NCBI GenBank assembly: GCA_002731115.1
Contig: PBZO01000001.1
Coordinates: 75,096 to 139,095, forward strand
Origin: Candidatus Pacearchaeota archaeon
GTDB lineage: Archaea > Nanobdellota > Nanobdellia > Pacearchaeales > GW2011-AR1
Length of the DNA stretch: 64,000 nt
Reading direction: 5' to 3'
The notes beneath the pieces are model-generated. The model ran no database searches, had not been told where the DNA came from, and was given only the letters and a program-made list of their open reading frames with translations. Positions within the stretch are counted from its first letter, which is position 1, and each line of letters begins with the position of its first letter. Below, one piece after another: positions 49,610 through 59,969 of the stretch. The translations under genes and the position numbers were made by a program.

Positions 49610-50500
49610 ATGAAGATATTAATTATAAAATTAGGGGCATTAGGAGATGTTGTAAGAACAACAGTGTTATTAAGTGAATTAATTGGAGAAATTTACTGGT
49701 TAAGCAAAACTAATGCAGGGGATTTGTTGAATTCTTCAAAAATATCAAGGAAATATTTTATTGAAAGTAATAAAGATTTATCAAAATTACAAGGGGAAGA
49801 TTTCGATTTAGTAATTAGTTTGGATGAAGAAAAAGAAGTCTTGGAAATTGTTAAAAAAATTAAAACAAAAAGATTAATTGGAGTTTATTTGGATTCTAAT
49901 GAAAATATTAATTATACTAAAGAAAGTTCTTATTGGTTTGATATGTCTCTATCAAGTAAATTTGGAAAGAAAAGAGCGGATGAACTAAAAAAAGAAAATA
50001 TTAAATCTGTTCCCCAAATTTTAATTGAAATGATTGGAAAAAGGTGGAGGGGGCAAGAATATGATATAGGTATTATTCCAGAGAAATTAGAAAAAGTTAA
50101 AGGGAATATTGGATTAATTAATATTTGTACAGGAATTTGGCCAAATAAAGCCTGGAACGGATATGAAACTTTAAAGAGGAAATTAGAAGAAACATATAGG
50201 GTTAAGTTTTTAGAAATTAAAGGAACTTTAAAAGAACACATTGATGAAATAAATAATTGCGAATTAGTTGTTTGTGGAGATACCTTGGGAATGCATCTTG
50301 CTCTTGCTTTGAAAAAGAAATTAGTTATTTTATTTAATTGTACGCCTCCTCAAGAAATTTATGGTTACAATAAGGCAATTAAAATCCCTGGCCCCTTATT
50401 AGAAAAGTATCTATATAAAAGGTCTAAGGATATTGAAGCAATATCTGCAATTAAAGTAGATGATGTTTATTGTAGGGTAATTAAATATTTAAAAAAATAA
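49610..50500 (+). CDS. glycosyltransferase family 9-like (heptosyltransferase-like)
   Basis: MKILIIKLGALGDVVRTTVLL N-terminus and CGDTLGMHLALAL motif characteristic of GT9. Confidence 0.5.
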   Translation: MKILIIKLGALGDVVRTTVLLSELIGEIYWLSKTNAGDLLNSSKISRKYFIESNKDLSKLQGEDFDLVISLDEEKEVLEIVKKIKTKRLIGVYLDSNENINYTKESSYWFDMSLSSKFGKKRADELKKENIKSVPQILIEMIGKRWRGQEYDIGIIPEKLEKVKGNIGLINICTGIWPNKAWNGYETLKRKLEETYRVKFLEIKGTLKEHIDEINNCELVVCGDTLGMHLALALKKKLVILFNCTPPQEIYGYNKAIKIPGPLLEKYLYKRSKDIEAISAIKVDDVYCRVIKYLKK

Positions 50501-50503
50501 AAA

Positions 50504-51274
50504 ATGAATAAACAAGAACTAATTAATAAAATAATTTTAAAAAAAGAATTTTCCCAGTTACCAAAAAAGGATGTTGAATTAGCTTTTGAGCATTTTAATA
50601 AGAGAGGTTATGTGGATGAAGAGGAAATTAAATTTACTCGGAATTTATTGCGAAAGGTTTTTTCAGCTTTTACAAGCCAAAAAATATTATCTTTAAAAAA
50701 TAAGTCTCCAAAGTGGATTTTAAAAAAACACCTTTCAACAAGAGAAAGATTTAATTTTTATGAGGAAGTTTATGGGAGGCTTTTTAAGGGATTAGGTAAA
50801 AAATTAAGTATTATTGATTTGGGCGCGGGGATCAATGGGTTTAGTTATAAATATTTTAAGAAAATTATACCCCACATTAGTTATATTGCTCTTGAATCCA
50901 TGGGACAACTAGTTAGTTTAATGAATAATTATTTTGAAAAGGAGAAAATTAATGGAAAAGCAGTTCATTTAAGTTTGTTCGAATTAGAGAATGTTAAAAA
51001 ATTAATTGAAAAAACAAAAGAACCAAGAATAATATTCTTATTCAAGACAATAGATTCATTAGAGAGGTTAAAAAGGGATTATTCTAAGAAATTAATTTTA
51101 GAAATTGCTCCTTTAGTTGAAAGAATTGTAATTAGTTTTGCGACAGAGAGCATGATTAAAAGAAAAAAAATTAAAGTTAAGAGAAATTGGATTATTAATT
51201 TTTTAGAAGAAAATTTCAACCTAATTGATGATTTTGAATTAGGTGGTGAAAGATATATTTCTTTTAATAAATAA
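50504..51274 (+). CDS. putative SAM-dependent methyltransferase-like protein
   Basis: Glycine-rich LSIIDLGAGINGFS motif resembles Rossmann SAM-binding motif I. Otherwise unassigned. Confidence 0.3.
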   Translation: MNKQELINKIILKKEFSQLPKKDVELAFEHFNKRGYVDEEEIKFTRNLLRKVFSAFTSQKILSLKNKSPKWILKKHLSTRERFNFYEEVYGRLFKGLGKKLSIIDLGAGINGFSYKYFKKIIPHISYIALESMGQLVSLMNNYFEKEKINGKAVHLSLFELENVKKLIEKTKEPRIIFLFKTIDSLERLKRDYSKKLILEIAPLVERIVISFATESMIKRKKIKVKRNWIINFLEENFNLIDDFELGGERYISFNK

Positions 51275-51295
51275 ATTTATATACTCCTACCTTTT

Positions 51296-52507
51296 TTGTA
51301 TAAAATGAAACCAAAATTCTGCAGAAAAGTTTTGAAGAATGGCATGACCCTTCTTTTTGAAAAAAGAGATATACCTGTTGTAAGCGTTGTATTTGCAGTT
51401 AGAAATGGGGGAATCAATGAATCAGAAGAAGAAAGGGGAATTTCTCACTTTATAGAACACATGTTGTATAAAGGAACTCCTACAAGAGATACAAAAAAGA
51501 TTGCTGAAGAAATTGAAAAGAAAGGAGGAGAATTAAACGGGTTTACAAGCGAATCAATTACAGCCTATTGGTGTAAGATGCCAAGTAAATACTTGAGTAC
51601 TGCTTTGGATGTTTTAAGTGATATGATAAAAAATCCAAAATTTGATTCCAAGGAGTTAGAAAAAGAAAGAAAAGTTATTTTTGAAGAAATTAAAATGTAC
51701 AAGGATAATCCTCGACTTCATGTTTTTGAAAAAATTCAAGCAAATCTTTATGAAAAACCTTTAGGAATGTGTTTAGCAGGCACTCATCAAACAATGAACT
51801 CGATTAACCAACAAAAAATGGTTGATAAATTTAAGGAAATTTATAGGCCAAACAATATGATTTTATGTATTGTAGGTGATGCTGATTTTGAAGAAATTAT
51901 TCAATTCACCGAAAAAAATTTTGGTGATGAAAAAGGGAAAGTGCCTAAATTTAAGGTTAATTTAAAGAACGAATCTAATATTGAAGAAAGAAAAGGAATA
52001 GATCAAGCTAATTTAGTTTTTGCATATCACGTACCTTTGACAGATAATAATAAATCTTATGCCGCACAAGTTCTTAGCACATTAACTGCAGAAGGGATGT
52101 CTTCCAGACTCTTTAGCGAAATTCGTGAAAAAAGAAATTTAGCCTATGCAGTTAAAGGAGATTCAGATATAAATAGAGATTTTGCATTTAATTTAATTTA
52201 TGTTGGGACTTCAAAAGAAAACGTGGATATTGTTAAGAAACTTATTTTAGATGAATTTGAAAAAGTTTCAAAAGATTTAGATGAAAAAGAACTTAATCAA
52301 GTTAAAGAACAAATTATTGGAAATCACCAGATTTCTATGGAAGATTCTCAAAATCAGATGATTAATTTACTCCGTTATGAGATAGATGGAAATGCCGAAA
52401 AGTTTTATGAACTTGAAAAGAATATTTCTGAAGTCCAATTAAAAGATGTAAAAGATTTAGCAAAGATTAAAAAATATAGTTTTTTTGCTCTTGTTCCCGA
52501 AGATTAA
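51296..52507 (+). CDS. M16-family zinc peptidase (insulinase/pitrilysin-like)
   Basis: Inverted zinc motif HFIEHMLYKGT (HxxEH) and downstream E. Confidence 0.75.
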   Translation: MYKMKPKFCRKVLKNGMTLLFEKRDIPVVSVVFAVRNGGINESEEERGISHFIEHMLYKGTPTRDTKKIAEEIEKKGGELNGFTSESITAYWCKMPSKYLSTALDVLSDMIKNPKFDSKELEKERKVIFEEIKMYKDNPRLHVFEKIQANLYEKPLGMCLAGTHQTMNSINQQKMVDKFKEIYRPNNMILCIVGDADFEEIIQFTEKNFGDEKGKVPKFKVNLKNESNIEERKGIDQANLVFAYHVPLTDNNKSYAAQVLSTLTAEGMSSRLFSEIREKRNLAYAVKGDSDINRDFAFNLIYVGTSKENVDIVKKLILDEFEKVSKDLDEKELNQVKEQIIGNHQISMEDSQNQMINLLRYEIDGNAEKFYELEKNISEVQLKDVKDLAKIKKYSFFALVPED

Positions 52508-52583
52508 TTAATAAAAATTTTCTAGATACATTTTGAAGATAATACTTCAAAAGTCTTAAAAACCTTTTATTCTAATTTTTTGT

Positions 52584-53390
52584 ATGTTTATTGTGAAGGT
52601 TCCAGGGATTAATGGTTTAGGAAAAACAAATGGTTGTGAAAAAGCAGGAAATGCTATTTTAAAATCTTTAAAAGAAATTTATTCAACTGAACAGGGAAAA
52701 CCAATTAACGTTGATTCTCTAGATTTAGAAGAAATACATTTAGATAATAAGAATCTTGAATTAACTAATAAATTAATTTATAAAAATTCATATGATTCTT
52801 TTGAATTAAAACCAAAAACAATTTTTCTAGGAGGAGATCATTCTATTAGTTATTCTACAACAAAAGCATTTCTAGATTATTGTAACGATTCTAAAAAAGA
52901 GCCCTGTCTTATCATATTTGATGCTCATCCAGATTGCATGAAGCCAGTAGATAACAAATTTCCAACACATGAAGAATGGCTTAGAGCTTTAATTGAATTT
53001 GGTTTTCCAAAAGAAAATATACTTTTAGTGGGAGTCAGAAACGCCGATTCTAAGGAAAATCTATTTTTAAGAGAAAATAATATAAAAAAAATATCAATAA
53101 ATCAATTAACAGAAGATTTACAAGAAACTTGTGATTCTATTATGGAATTCTCAAATAGGAAGGAGTTGTATGTTTCTATTGATATAGATGTAATAGACCC
53201 TACATTTGCCCCGGCTACAGGATATCCCGAATCAGGAGGATTGACAAGCAGAGAGTTTCTATATTTAATTCAAAGAATCAATAAAATTAAAAATCTTAAG
53301 GCTATAGATATTGTTGAGATTAACCCTTGTAAAGATAAAAATAATTTAACGGTAAAATTAGGAGCCAAGATTCTAGGGGAGTTAATATAA
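52584..53390 (+). CDS. speB: arginase/agmatinase/formiminoglutamase family hydrolase (likely agmatinase)
   Basis: Mn-binding motifs GGDHSISY, DAHPD, SIDIDVIDP. Confidence 0.75.
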   Translation: MFIVKVPGINGLGKTNGCEKAGNAILKSLKEIYSTEQGKPINVDSLDLEEIHLDNKNLELTNKLIYKNSYDSFELKPKTIFLGGDHSISYSTTKAFLDYCNDSKKEPCLIIFDAHPDCMKPVDNKFPTHEEWLRALIEFGFPKENILLVGVRNADSKENLFLRENNIKKISINQLTEDLQETCDSIMEFSNRKELYVSIDIDVIDPTFAPATGYPESGGLTSREFLYLIQRINKIKNLKAIDIVEINPCKDKNNLTVKLGAKILGELI

Positions 53391-53391
53391 A

Positions 53392-53931
53392 ATGAGATGT
53401 TTTGTTGCCCTTAAATTATCCGAACATGTAAAATCAAAGGTTTTTCATGAATTTGAAAATTTACAAAAAAAGAATTTATTTAATGGAAAATTTGTTAATA
53501 AAGAAAATCTACATTTAACTTTGCAATTTTTGGGAAGTATTTCTGAAGAAGAAATAGAAGAAACAAAAAAAGAATTAAGGGAAATAAAATTTGAGAAGTT
53601 TAATTGTGGAATTGGAAAAATAGGAGTTTTTAATAATGAAAGATTTATTAAAGTTATCTGGGTAGATTTAATATCTGATAAAATTGAAAAATTACAGAAA
53701 CAAATTTCTAGCAAACTTTCAAAATTTCCCTCCGATTTTAAAAAATTTGAGTCGCATATTACAACTGCAAGAGTTAAGTTTATTATTAATAAGGAAGAAT
53801 TAATCGAAGAACTTAAAAAAATTAATTTTAGGAATTTAGACTTTGAAGTCAATGAATTTGTTTTAATGAAATCCGAATTAACAAGAGAAGGGCCAAAGTA
53901 TAAGATTCTTGAAAGATTTAAATCATTTTAA
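53392..53931 (+). CDS. ligT: RNA 2',3'-cyclic phosphodiesterase (LigT/ThpR, 2H phosphoesterase)
   Basis: Two H-x-T-x motifs: LHLTLQFLG and HITTAR. Confidence 0.7.
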   Translation: MRCFVALKLSEHVKSKVFHEFENLQKKNLFNGKFVNKENLHLTLQFLGSISEEEIEETKKELREIKFEKFNCGIGKIGVFNNERFIKVIWVDLISDKIEKLQKQISSKLSKFPSDFKKFESHITTARVKFIINKEELIEELKKINFRNLDFEVNEFVLMKSELTREGPKYKILERFKSF

Positions 53932-54110
53932 TTTAAGCGAGGATTATTCCCCTATAAGGGTTTCTTTATCATATTTCAATGAGGATTGATTATAAATTAA
54001 AGTTAAGGAGTTTAATTTCTAAAGCAAGAGAAAATTATAATATGGCAGGAGGAATAGCCAACCTATGAGATTGATGATTTTTATGAGAAAAATTTTAGAA
54101 CACTTTTTAG

Positions 54111-54794
54111 TTAATATTTCTCATCAATAATTTTTCTTAGAATTCCAGCCTTTTTCCCAATAACTTCTTGTAAATCTTCTTTTGAAGCGTTAGTTATTTC
54201 TTTTATTGTTTTAAATTTTTTTAAAAGTTTTTTTGAAATCTTTGGCCCAATTCCCGGAAATCCTTCCAATATATACTGTTTTTGCTCTTTTTTATTAAAA
54301 GATTTTTTTCTTGCATTTAATGGAATTTCTTTTGATTTCTTTTTTGAAAGAACTGAGATAAATTGTGCAGTATCCTTATAGTTTTTTGTAAAAATTAGTG
54401 GAATTTTATATTTAAGAAGTATTGAGAGTAAGAAGCCTCTTATAGCATTTGGATGCATTCCTATTTTTTCTTCTGAATCATTATAAAGTTCTTGTTCCTC
54501 TATTCCTTCAATAATTATCAATTTATTCTCAAATTGTTGGAGTTCCATAATTTGATTTAGAAATCTTCTATTTATAATAGAAGATATAAAATCAGAAACT
54601 GTTTTTCTTTCTATTACAACATCTTTTATAATATAATCAGCAACTTTTAATGCTTTAAATTCAATTTCTAATCCAAAATTAACAAGTTCAGAAGGAACTA
54701 ATGAATTTTTCTCCCTATAATCAATTATAACTTTGGATTTTTCTTTTTTAATTAAAGATTTTCTTCTTGAAAATATATCTAATATTGGTTTCAT
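54111..54794 (-). CDS. XPF/Hef-type ERCC4 nuclease with C-terminal HhH2
   Basis: ERCC4 motif VIERKTVSDFISSI. HhH GFPGIGPKISKKLLKKF. Start overlaps the helicase stop (ATGA). Confidence 0.75.
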   Translation of the reverse strand: MKPILDIFSRRKSLIKKEKSKVIIDYREKNSLVPSELVNFGLEIEFKALKVADYIIKDVVIERKTVSDFISSIINRRFLNQIMELQQFENKLIIIEGIEEQELYNDSEEKIGMHPNAIRGFLLSILLKYKIPLIFTKNYKDTAQFISVLSKKKSKEIPLNARKKSFNKKEQKQYILEGFPGIGPKISKKLLKKFKTIKEITNASKEDLQEVIGKKAGILRKIIDEKY

Positions 54795-56344
54795 CTTAGT
54801 TTTTCTTGGTGTTCTAAATTATTCTCATTAGACAATTCTTTTTTTATTGAATCTATTGCAGAATGCATTTTTTTCTCTCTAATTTTAGAAACATAAAAGA
54901 AATTTTCATCCCTTGTTTTTTTTGTTATGAGCATTATTAATTTCCCCTTTTTTAATCTAGCCGTTCTTCCAGCTCTTTGAATTGTTCTTATTGCAGAGGG
55001 AATGGCTTCATAAAAGATAACAATGCTGACTTCAGGTATATCTAATCCTTCTTCCCCTATTGAAGTAGCACATAACACATTTATTTTCCCTAAACGAAAT
55101 TCATCTAGTATCTTTTTTTGTTCTTTTTGACTTAAACCAATATCCGCCTTTTTTGTTTGCCCGATAAATATTTTTGAGTTTATTTCTTTAATTTTATTAA
55201 GTTTTTTTGAAATAATTGTCGCTGTATCTCTAAATTGAGTAAATACAATAATTTTTAGTTTATCATTTTTTAATTTTTCTTGTTTTATAATTTTTTCAAG
55301 CTCTTCTAGTTTAGGGTGTTCTATATTTTTAATTAATAATTCATTTGATTTTGAATATATAAAATTAAATTCAGGTTTTGCAACAAGTTTTACAACACCC
55401 TTGCTTTGCCTGTTTTTTGCCTGATTTAATAAATTTTTCAAATATTTATTAAAACTTGATAATGTTTGAGTTTCTAAAAGTTCTAATGCATGTTGAATTT
55501 TTATTGCCTGAGCGCATGCACTTACTCCTAACATATAATTAAAATTTCTGTTACCTCTTGCTAAACTTCCCATTATCTTTTTTTGAAGAGCTATAAGTCC
55601 GGTTTTTGATGAAGGTCCAAAAAGAACCTTCCTTAATCTTAATTCTTCAATATATTTATTGAGTATTTTTTTTAAAGTATATTGTATTTCTTCAAATTCT
55701 TTAGGGAGTTCTATATTTACTCTTTTAAATTCTAATTCTTGGAGATATTGTTTAACATCAATACTATCCCTTGTTCTTAATTCAACCTCTCTTATAGAAA
55801 GATTCTTACAAATTTCTTTTATTTTTGATTTTTCACTTCCCGGAGAGGCAGTTAATCCAAGAATTCTTTGATGTTTTGATTGTTTTTGGTATTGTTGAGC
55901 AACATAATTATAATCATAATTTTTTAAACACCTATGAGCTTCATCCTCTATTAATAAACAAACTTCTTCTAAATCATAAATTCTATTTTTTAAGTCATTT
56001 GCGATACATTGGGGGGTTGAGAAGATTATATCTGATGTTTTCCAGTTTTTCTTTCTTTCTTCTGCCTTTACTTTTCCAGTGAATAATTGAAAATCTGCAA
56101 ATAATTCTGGAAGATGTTTTTTAAATGAAGTTAGATGCTGTTCTGCCAAGGGTTTTGTTGGAGCAAGAAAAACAACTTTCTCACCAGGAAATTCTTCCAT
56201 TCTTTTTATTGTAAGCATTAATGCAATAAGAGTTTTTCCAAGTCCTGTTGGAAGAACAACTAAACAATTATTTCTTAGACAAGTATCATATATTTTTTGT
56301 TGATATTCTCTAGGTTCTATGTTTTTTAGAAATTTTTTGGGCAT
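54791..56344 (-). CDS. Hef-type SF2 helicase (helicase half of split Hef)
   Basis: Walker A PTGLGKT, DEAH box IEDEAH, helicase C motifs QRAGRTAR. Confidence 0.8.
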   Translation of the reverse strand: MPKKFLKNIEPREYQQKIYDTCLRNNCLVVLPTGLGKTLIALMLTIKRMEEFPGEKVVFLAPTKPLAEQHLTSFKKHLPELFADFQLFTGKVKAEERKKNWKTSDIIFSTPQCIANDLKNRIYDLEEVCLLIEDEAHRCLKNYDYNYVAQQYQKQSKHQRILGLTASPGSEKSKIKEICKNLSIREVELRTRDSIDVKQYLQELEFKRVNIELPKEFEEIQYTLKKILNKYIEELRLRKVLFGPSSKTGLIALQKKIMGSLARGNRNFNYMLGVSACAQAIKIQHALELLETQTLSSFNKYLKNLLNQAKNRQSKGVVKLVAKPEFNFIYSKSNELLIKNIEHPKLEELEKIIKQEKLKNDKLKIIVFTQFRDTATIISKKLNKIKEINSKIFIGQTKKADIGLSQKEQKKILDEFRLGKINVLCATSIGEEGLDIPEVSIVIFYEAIPSAIRTIQRAGRTARLKKGKLIMLITKKTRDENFFYVSKIREKKMHSAIDSIKKELSNENNLEHQEKLR

Positions 56345-56381
56345 AATCCAAAAAGTTGTTAGGGGTATAAATAGTTTTATA

Positions 56382-57008
56382 TTAGACTAATAAAAAGATA
56401 TATCCTAATCCAATTAAAACCAAAACAGCTAAAAAACTCCAAATTACTATACTTCCGAAAAATATTTTGTTTCCATCTAAATCAGCTATTGGAAGCATAT
56501 TAAAAAATGCATAATAGATATTTAGTTTTGCAAATTCTGGAAAATTAATCAAATACCCAATTATGCCAAAAATTAAATTAACTAGAATTCCTGCGGATGC
56601 AATAAGTCCAATATGATCTTCTGTCATCTCTGAAAAATTATAAAGGCCATGTCTTTTTGCTGCCCTATATGTTTTTGGTTTTACATCAAATATTAATGAA
56701 GCCATCCATTTGAAGTATCCTAATGAAAATATTATAAAGATTATTGGAAGAAATATTCCTGCTGGAAAAGGATTTTTAAAATATCTCCTTGGTTTAAATC
56801 CATATCTTTTAATTTCCCATAATTTTATTTCTATTTCTGAATCAAGATAATAACTAGCAACCTTTTTCGCAATTATATTTATAATAATTATAAGGAAGAC
56901 TGCAATTAAAGAATATAAAAAAATATTCAAGGTTTTCATTAAACTTATTGTAAATGCAAGAACTAATGTTACAATTAAAATTGCAGTTATTTCTTTTTTA
57001 TTTAACAT
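56382..57008 (-). CDS. polytopic membrane protein with site-2-protease-like NxxPxxxLDG motif but no HExxH
   Basis: FNMLPIADLDGNKIF resembles the M50 LDG motif. No HExxH anywhere in the 208 aa. Confidence 0.3.
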   Translation of the reverse strand: MLNKKEITAILIVTLVLAFTISLMKTLNIFLYSLIAVFLIIIINIIAKKVASYYLDSEIEIKLWEIKRYGFKPRRYFKNPFPAGIFLPIIFIIFSLGYFKWMASLIFDVKPKTYRAAKRHGLYNFSEMTEDHIGLIASAGILVNLIFGIIGYLINFPEFAKLNIYYAFFNMLPIADLDGNKIFFGSIVIWSFLAVLVLIGLGYIFLLV

Positions 57009-57056
57009 ATTTAATTAAGATAATTATTTTTTATAAATATTGTTATATTATTTAAA

Positions 57057-57374
57057 TTAACGTTGGATATATCTTTTTTTTGATTTAATACAATTTTTTG
57101 CAGTCATTAATTCAGATGCAATATAACCCATATTTTCTAAATTACATAGTTTTCTCTTTGCAATTTCTTTTATCATTTTATCCGTATTTTTCCCTCTTAA
57201 TTCAATAATCATTTTGTGTTTATTATTTACAAATCCACAACAGATTTTATTGTTTTCAATTTTTATAAGAAAGTAACCTTTTGAATCTTGTTTCCATGGA
57301 AATTTTAATTTATCACATGAAATAATTTTTCTTGTTTTTAATATTTCTATTTTATGAGAGGGGCATTTTTTCAT
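57057..57374 (-). CDS. hypothetical Cys-containing protein
   Basis: 105 aa, no confident motif. Confidence 0.2.
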   Translation of the reverse strand: MKKCPSHKIEILKTRKIISCDKLKFPWKQDSKGYFLIKIENNKICCGFVNNKHKMIIELRGKNTDKMIKEIAKRKLCNLENMGYIASELMTAKNCIKSKKRYIQR

Positions 57375-57489
57375 TAGATTAATATATAAGGTTTATATTT
57401 AAGATTATCTTTTATGGATTTTAAAAATAACTTTATCAAATATGTTTAAATGACGAAATATTTATAAATAAGTCTATGCTGGTTTTAGT

Positions 57490-57768
57490 ATGAGAGTAAA
57501 AAAGATAACAGAAGTAATTGGTGTAAAAGTTTATACTGATTCTGGAGATTATTTTGGAGAAGTAGAAGAAGCTAATTTACATGAAAATAAAATTGATGGA
57601 TGGAGAATAAAAGTTAGTGGAAATATGATGTCTCTAATTAGTGGAGCAAGAGGTGTAATAATTCCACACCAGTTTGTAAAGGCTATTAGCGATATTTTTA
57701 TAATAAATAAATCTGCATTACCTACTCCGGAGTCTGATACCGGAGAAGTTTCTGAAGAATTAGCATAA
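57490..57768 (+). CDS. PRC-barrel domain protein
   Basis: VIGVKVYTDSGDYFGEVEEANLHENKIDGWRIKV...VIIPHQFVKAISDIFII pattern. Confidence 0.5.
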   Translation: MRVKKITEVIGVKVYTDSGDYFGEVEEANLHENKIDGWRIKVSGNMMSLISGARGVIIPHQFVKAISDIFIINKSALPTPESDTGEVSEELA

Positions 57769-57776
57769 ACTTTGAT

Positions 57777-58262
57777 ATGGTACAAGAGACTATTTTTCAA
57801 CATTGGATTTTTACCCAGTTTGCTTTACCTTTTTTATTAATTTTTGCAGTTTTATATGGAATTCTTGAAAAAACAAAAATTCTTGGGGATGGAAAACATC
57901 AAATTAATGCTATTGTCTCTTTTGTTGTAGGTTTAATCTTTGTAAGTGCGGTTCATCCAAAGGAAATTGTTGGAAATCTTATTTTATTCTTAACAGTAGC
58001 ACTTGTTGTAGTTTTTGTAGCATTGTTACTCTGGGGATTTATTAAAGGGAAAGTAGAAATTGGAGGCAACATGGAGAATGTTTTAATGGGAGTTGTTATA
58101 GTTGCTGTTATTGCTGCTATTTTTTGGTCGATGGGAATTGATATGGGCGCAATTGATTTATTATTTAACCAAAGTTGGAGTAATACTCTTTGGACAAATG
58201 TAGCATTTGTTGTAGTAATTGCTATTGCTATTGCCTTAGTTTTAAGAAAATCTAAAGATTAA
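57777..58262 (+). CDS. membrane protein (hypothetical, 4-5 TM)
   Basis: Hydrophobic throughout. Confidence 0.3.
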   Translation: MVQETIFQHWIFTQFALPFLLIFAVLYGILEKTKILGDGKHQINAIVSFVVGLIFVSAVHPKEIVGNLILFLTVALVVVFVALLLWGFIKGKVEIGGNMENVLMGVVIVAVIAAIFWSMGIDMGAIDLLFNQSWSNTLWTNVAFVVVIAIAIALVLRKSKD

Positions 58263-58298
58263 GAATAGTTTAGAAACATATTTAAACAAAATATTCTA

Positions 58299-58883
58299 AT
58301 GAGTTATATGTTGGAGGGATTAATATCATTAGCTTCATATAATTATTATGGGGGGGAAATTGGAAATATATTGTCGCAGGCAGAACAAATGGGGGTATTT
58401 AGTTATCTTCTACCTTTTTTATTAATCTTTGCAATTGTTAATGGAATTTTATCAATCACAGGACTTTTTGATAGCAATAAATCAATTAGCCCAATTATTT
58501 CTTTGACAGTATCCTTAATGGCATTGCAATTTGAGTTTGTTCCTAGATTTTTTGCTGAAATTTTTCCAAGATTAGGGGTTGGTTTGGCTATTATTTTAGT
58601 TCTTATATTAATTATGGGTCTTTTTTCTCCAGGAAAGGAAGCATGGTTCGGTTATATTATTTTTGGGGTTGGAACAATTATTTTAATTACAATTTTAGTA
58701 CAAACTGCCGGAGCTTTGGGATGGTCTGCAGGATTTTGGTGGTATGATAATTGGGCAAGAGTTGCATTTTGGGTGGGTTTTGGTGTTATTATTTTAGCCA
58801 TACTTAATATAAATAAATCTTCTTCCTCAGCAGAGACAATTTTTTCTAATTTCCTTAAAAACGCAATGGAACCAATAAAATAA
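58299..58883 (+). CDS. membrane protein (hypothetical, 5-6 TM)
   Basis: Hydrophobic throughout. Confidence 0.3.
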   Translation: MSYMLEGLISLASYNYYGGEIGNILSQAEQMGVFSYLLPFLLIFAIVNGILSITGLFDSNKSISPIISLTVSLMALQFEFVPRFFAEIFPRLGVGLAIILVLILIMGLFSPGKEAWFGYIIFGVGTIILITILVQTAGALGWSAGFWWYDNWARVAFWVGFGVIILAILNINKSSSSAETIFSNFLKNAMEPIK

Positions 58884-58885
58884 TC

Positions 58886-59620
58886 TTATTTCCTTCTAGA
58901 AATCTTTTTTATTGTTTTAACAGGGGCATTCGTCTTAGAAATACGTGAAGATTGTAAAACTGATTTTGAATTTCTTGGTTGATTTATATTTCTTTTTTCT
59001 ATCCTATTTGCTATTGGATTTACCATTTTTCCAAATGAATCTTGCATCATTCCCATTTCTTTTTTTATACTTCCCAAATCTTCTCCATAAGAACCTACTT
59101 TCTCAAGAATTGCAATTTGTAATTTATCAATTGTTGTTTCTATTTTCTTTAATCTATCTGTAATATTCTCTATCTTTGTTTGGGTAAGTGTTTTAAATTC
59201 ATTCATATTTTCTACCTGTTTTTGTATTTTTTGTATTTTTTCTGAATATACTTGTTCTGCTATCTCAATTATATTATCTGTATTATCTATTCCCTGAGGA
59301 GAATATTCTCCATAGGTATCTGGTTGATAAGCTCCATCTTGTTGAACATACTCTTGTTGGGGTTGAGGAGTATAGATTTCTTGATTTCCCACCTCTTGAG
59401 TTTGAGGAGCATAAGGTGCTTGAGGGGAAGATGATTTCTCCATAATTGATGGTTGCATATTAGCATTTTCTGTTCCAGAAACAGCATTTTTTATTTCTGC
59501 CTGACTAAGAGCATCATTTATTTCCCTAGGAGAAATTCCTTGTTGTTGCAAATTATTTACAATTTCCTCATCAGGTTTTCCTTGATTTCTCATTTGTGTT
59601 ACTTGATCTAAAATACCCAT
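58886..59620 (-). CDS. Q/P-rich low-complexity protein with C-terminal coiled coil (hypothetical)
   Basis: Central QAPYAPQTQEVGNQEIYTPQPQQEYVQQDGAYQP tract. C-terminal heptads. Confidence 0.3.
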   Translation of the reverse strand: MGILDQVTQMRNQGKPDEEIVNNLQQQGISPREINDALSQAEIKNAVSGTENANMQPSIMEKSSSPQAPYAPQTQEVGNQEIYTPQPQQEYVQQDGAYQPDTYGEYSPQGIDNTDNIIEIAEQVYSEKIQKIQKQVENMNEFKTLTQTKIENITDRLKKIETTIDKLQIAILEKVGSYGEDLGSIKKEMGMMQDSFGKMVNPIANRIEKRNINQPRNSKSVLQSSRISKTNAPVKTIKKISRRK

Positions 59621-59621
59621 T

Positions 59622-59969
59622 TTAATTATTAATTTTTTCTAAATCTTTTTTTCTTACAAATTCCATTGGTTGGAACATTTTAGCTTGTTTTGACAAAATT
59701 TCTAAATCTTCTTTTCTAGCAAATTTTGAAAATTCACTAGAAGCCATTTCCAAAAAAGACGTTGTTCTCTCTATATTTTGTTTAAGAATTTCAATATCTT
59801 TTTTTATTTCTAAAGTATTTTGATTGCCTCTTTCTTTTATTTCTATAAGATTTTGACCTATTAAAAGAAGCCTATCTTTCAAGATTCTCTGTTTTTCTTC
59901 CAAATCTCTAATTTTAATATTTATATCTCTAAATTCCCCTGTGGGCGAATTTAATTGTTCTTCAACCAT
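59622..59969 (-). CDS. coiled-coil protein (hypothetical)
   Basis: 115 aa, heptad pattern. Overlaps the downstream gene start. Confidence 0.3.
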   Translation of the reverse strand: MVEEQLNSPTGEFRDINIKIRDLEEKQRILKDRLLLIGQNLIEIKERGNQNTLEIKKDIEILKQNIERTTSFLEMASSEFSKFARKEDLEILSKQAKMFQPMEFVRKKDLEKINN

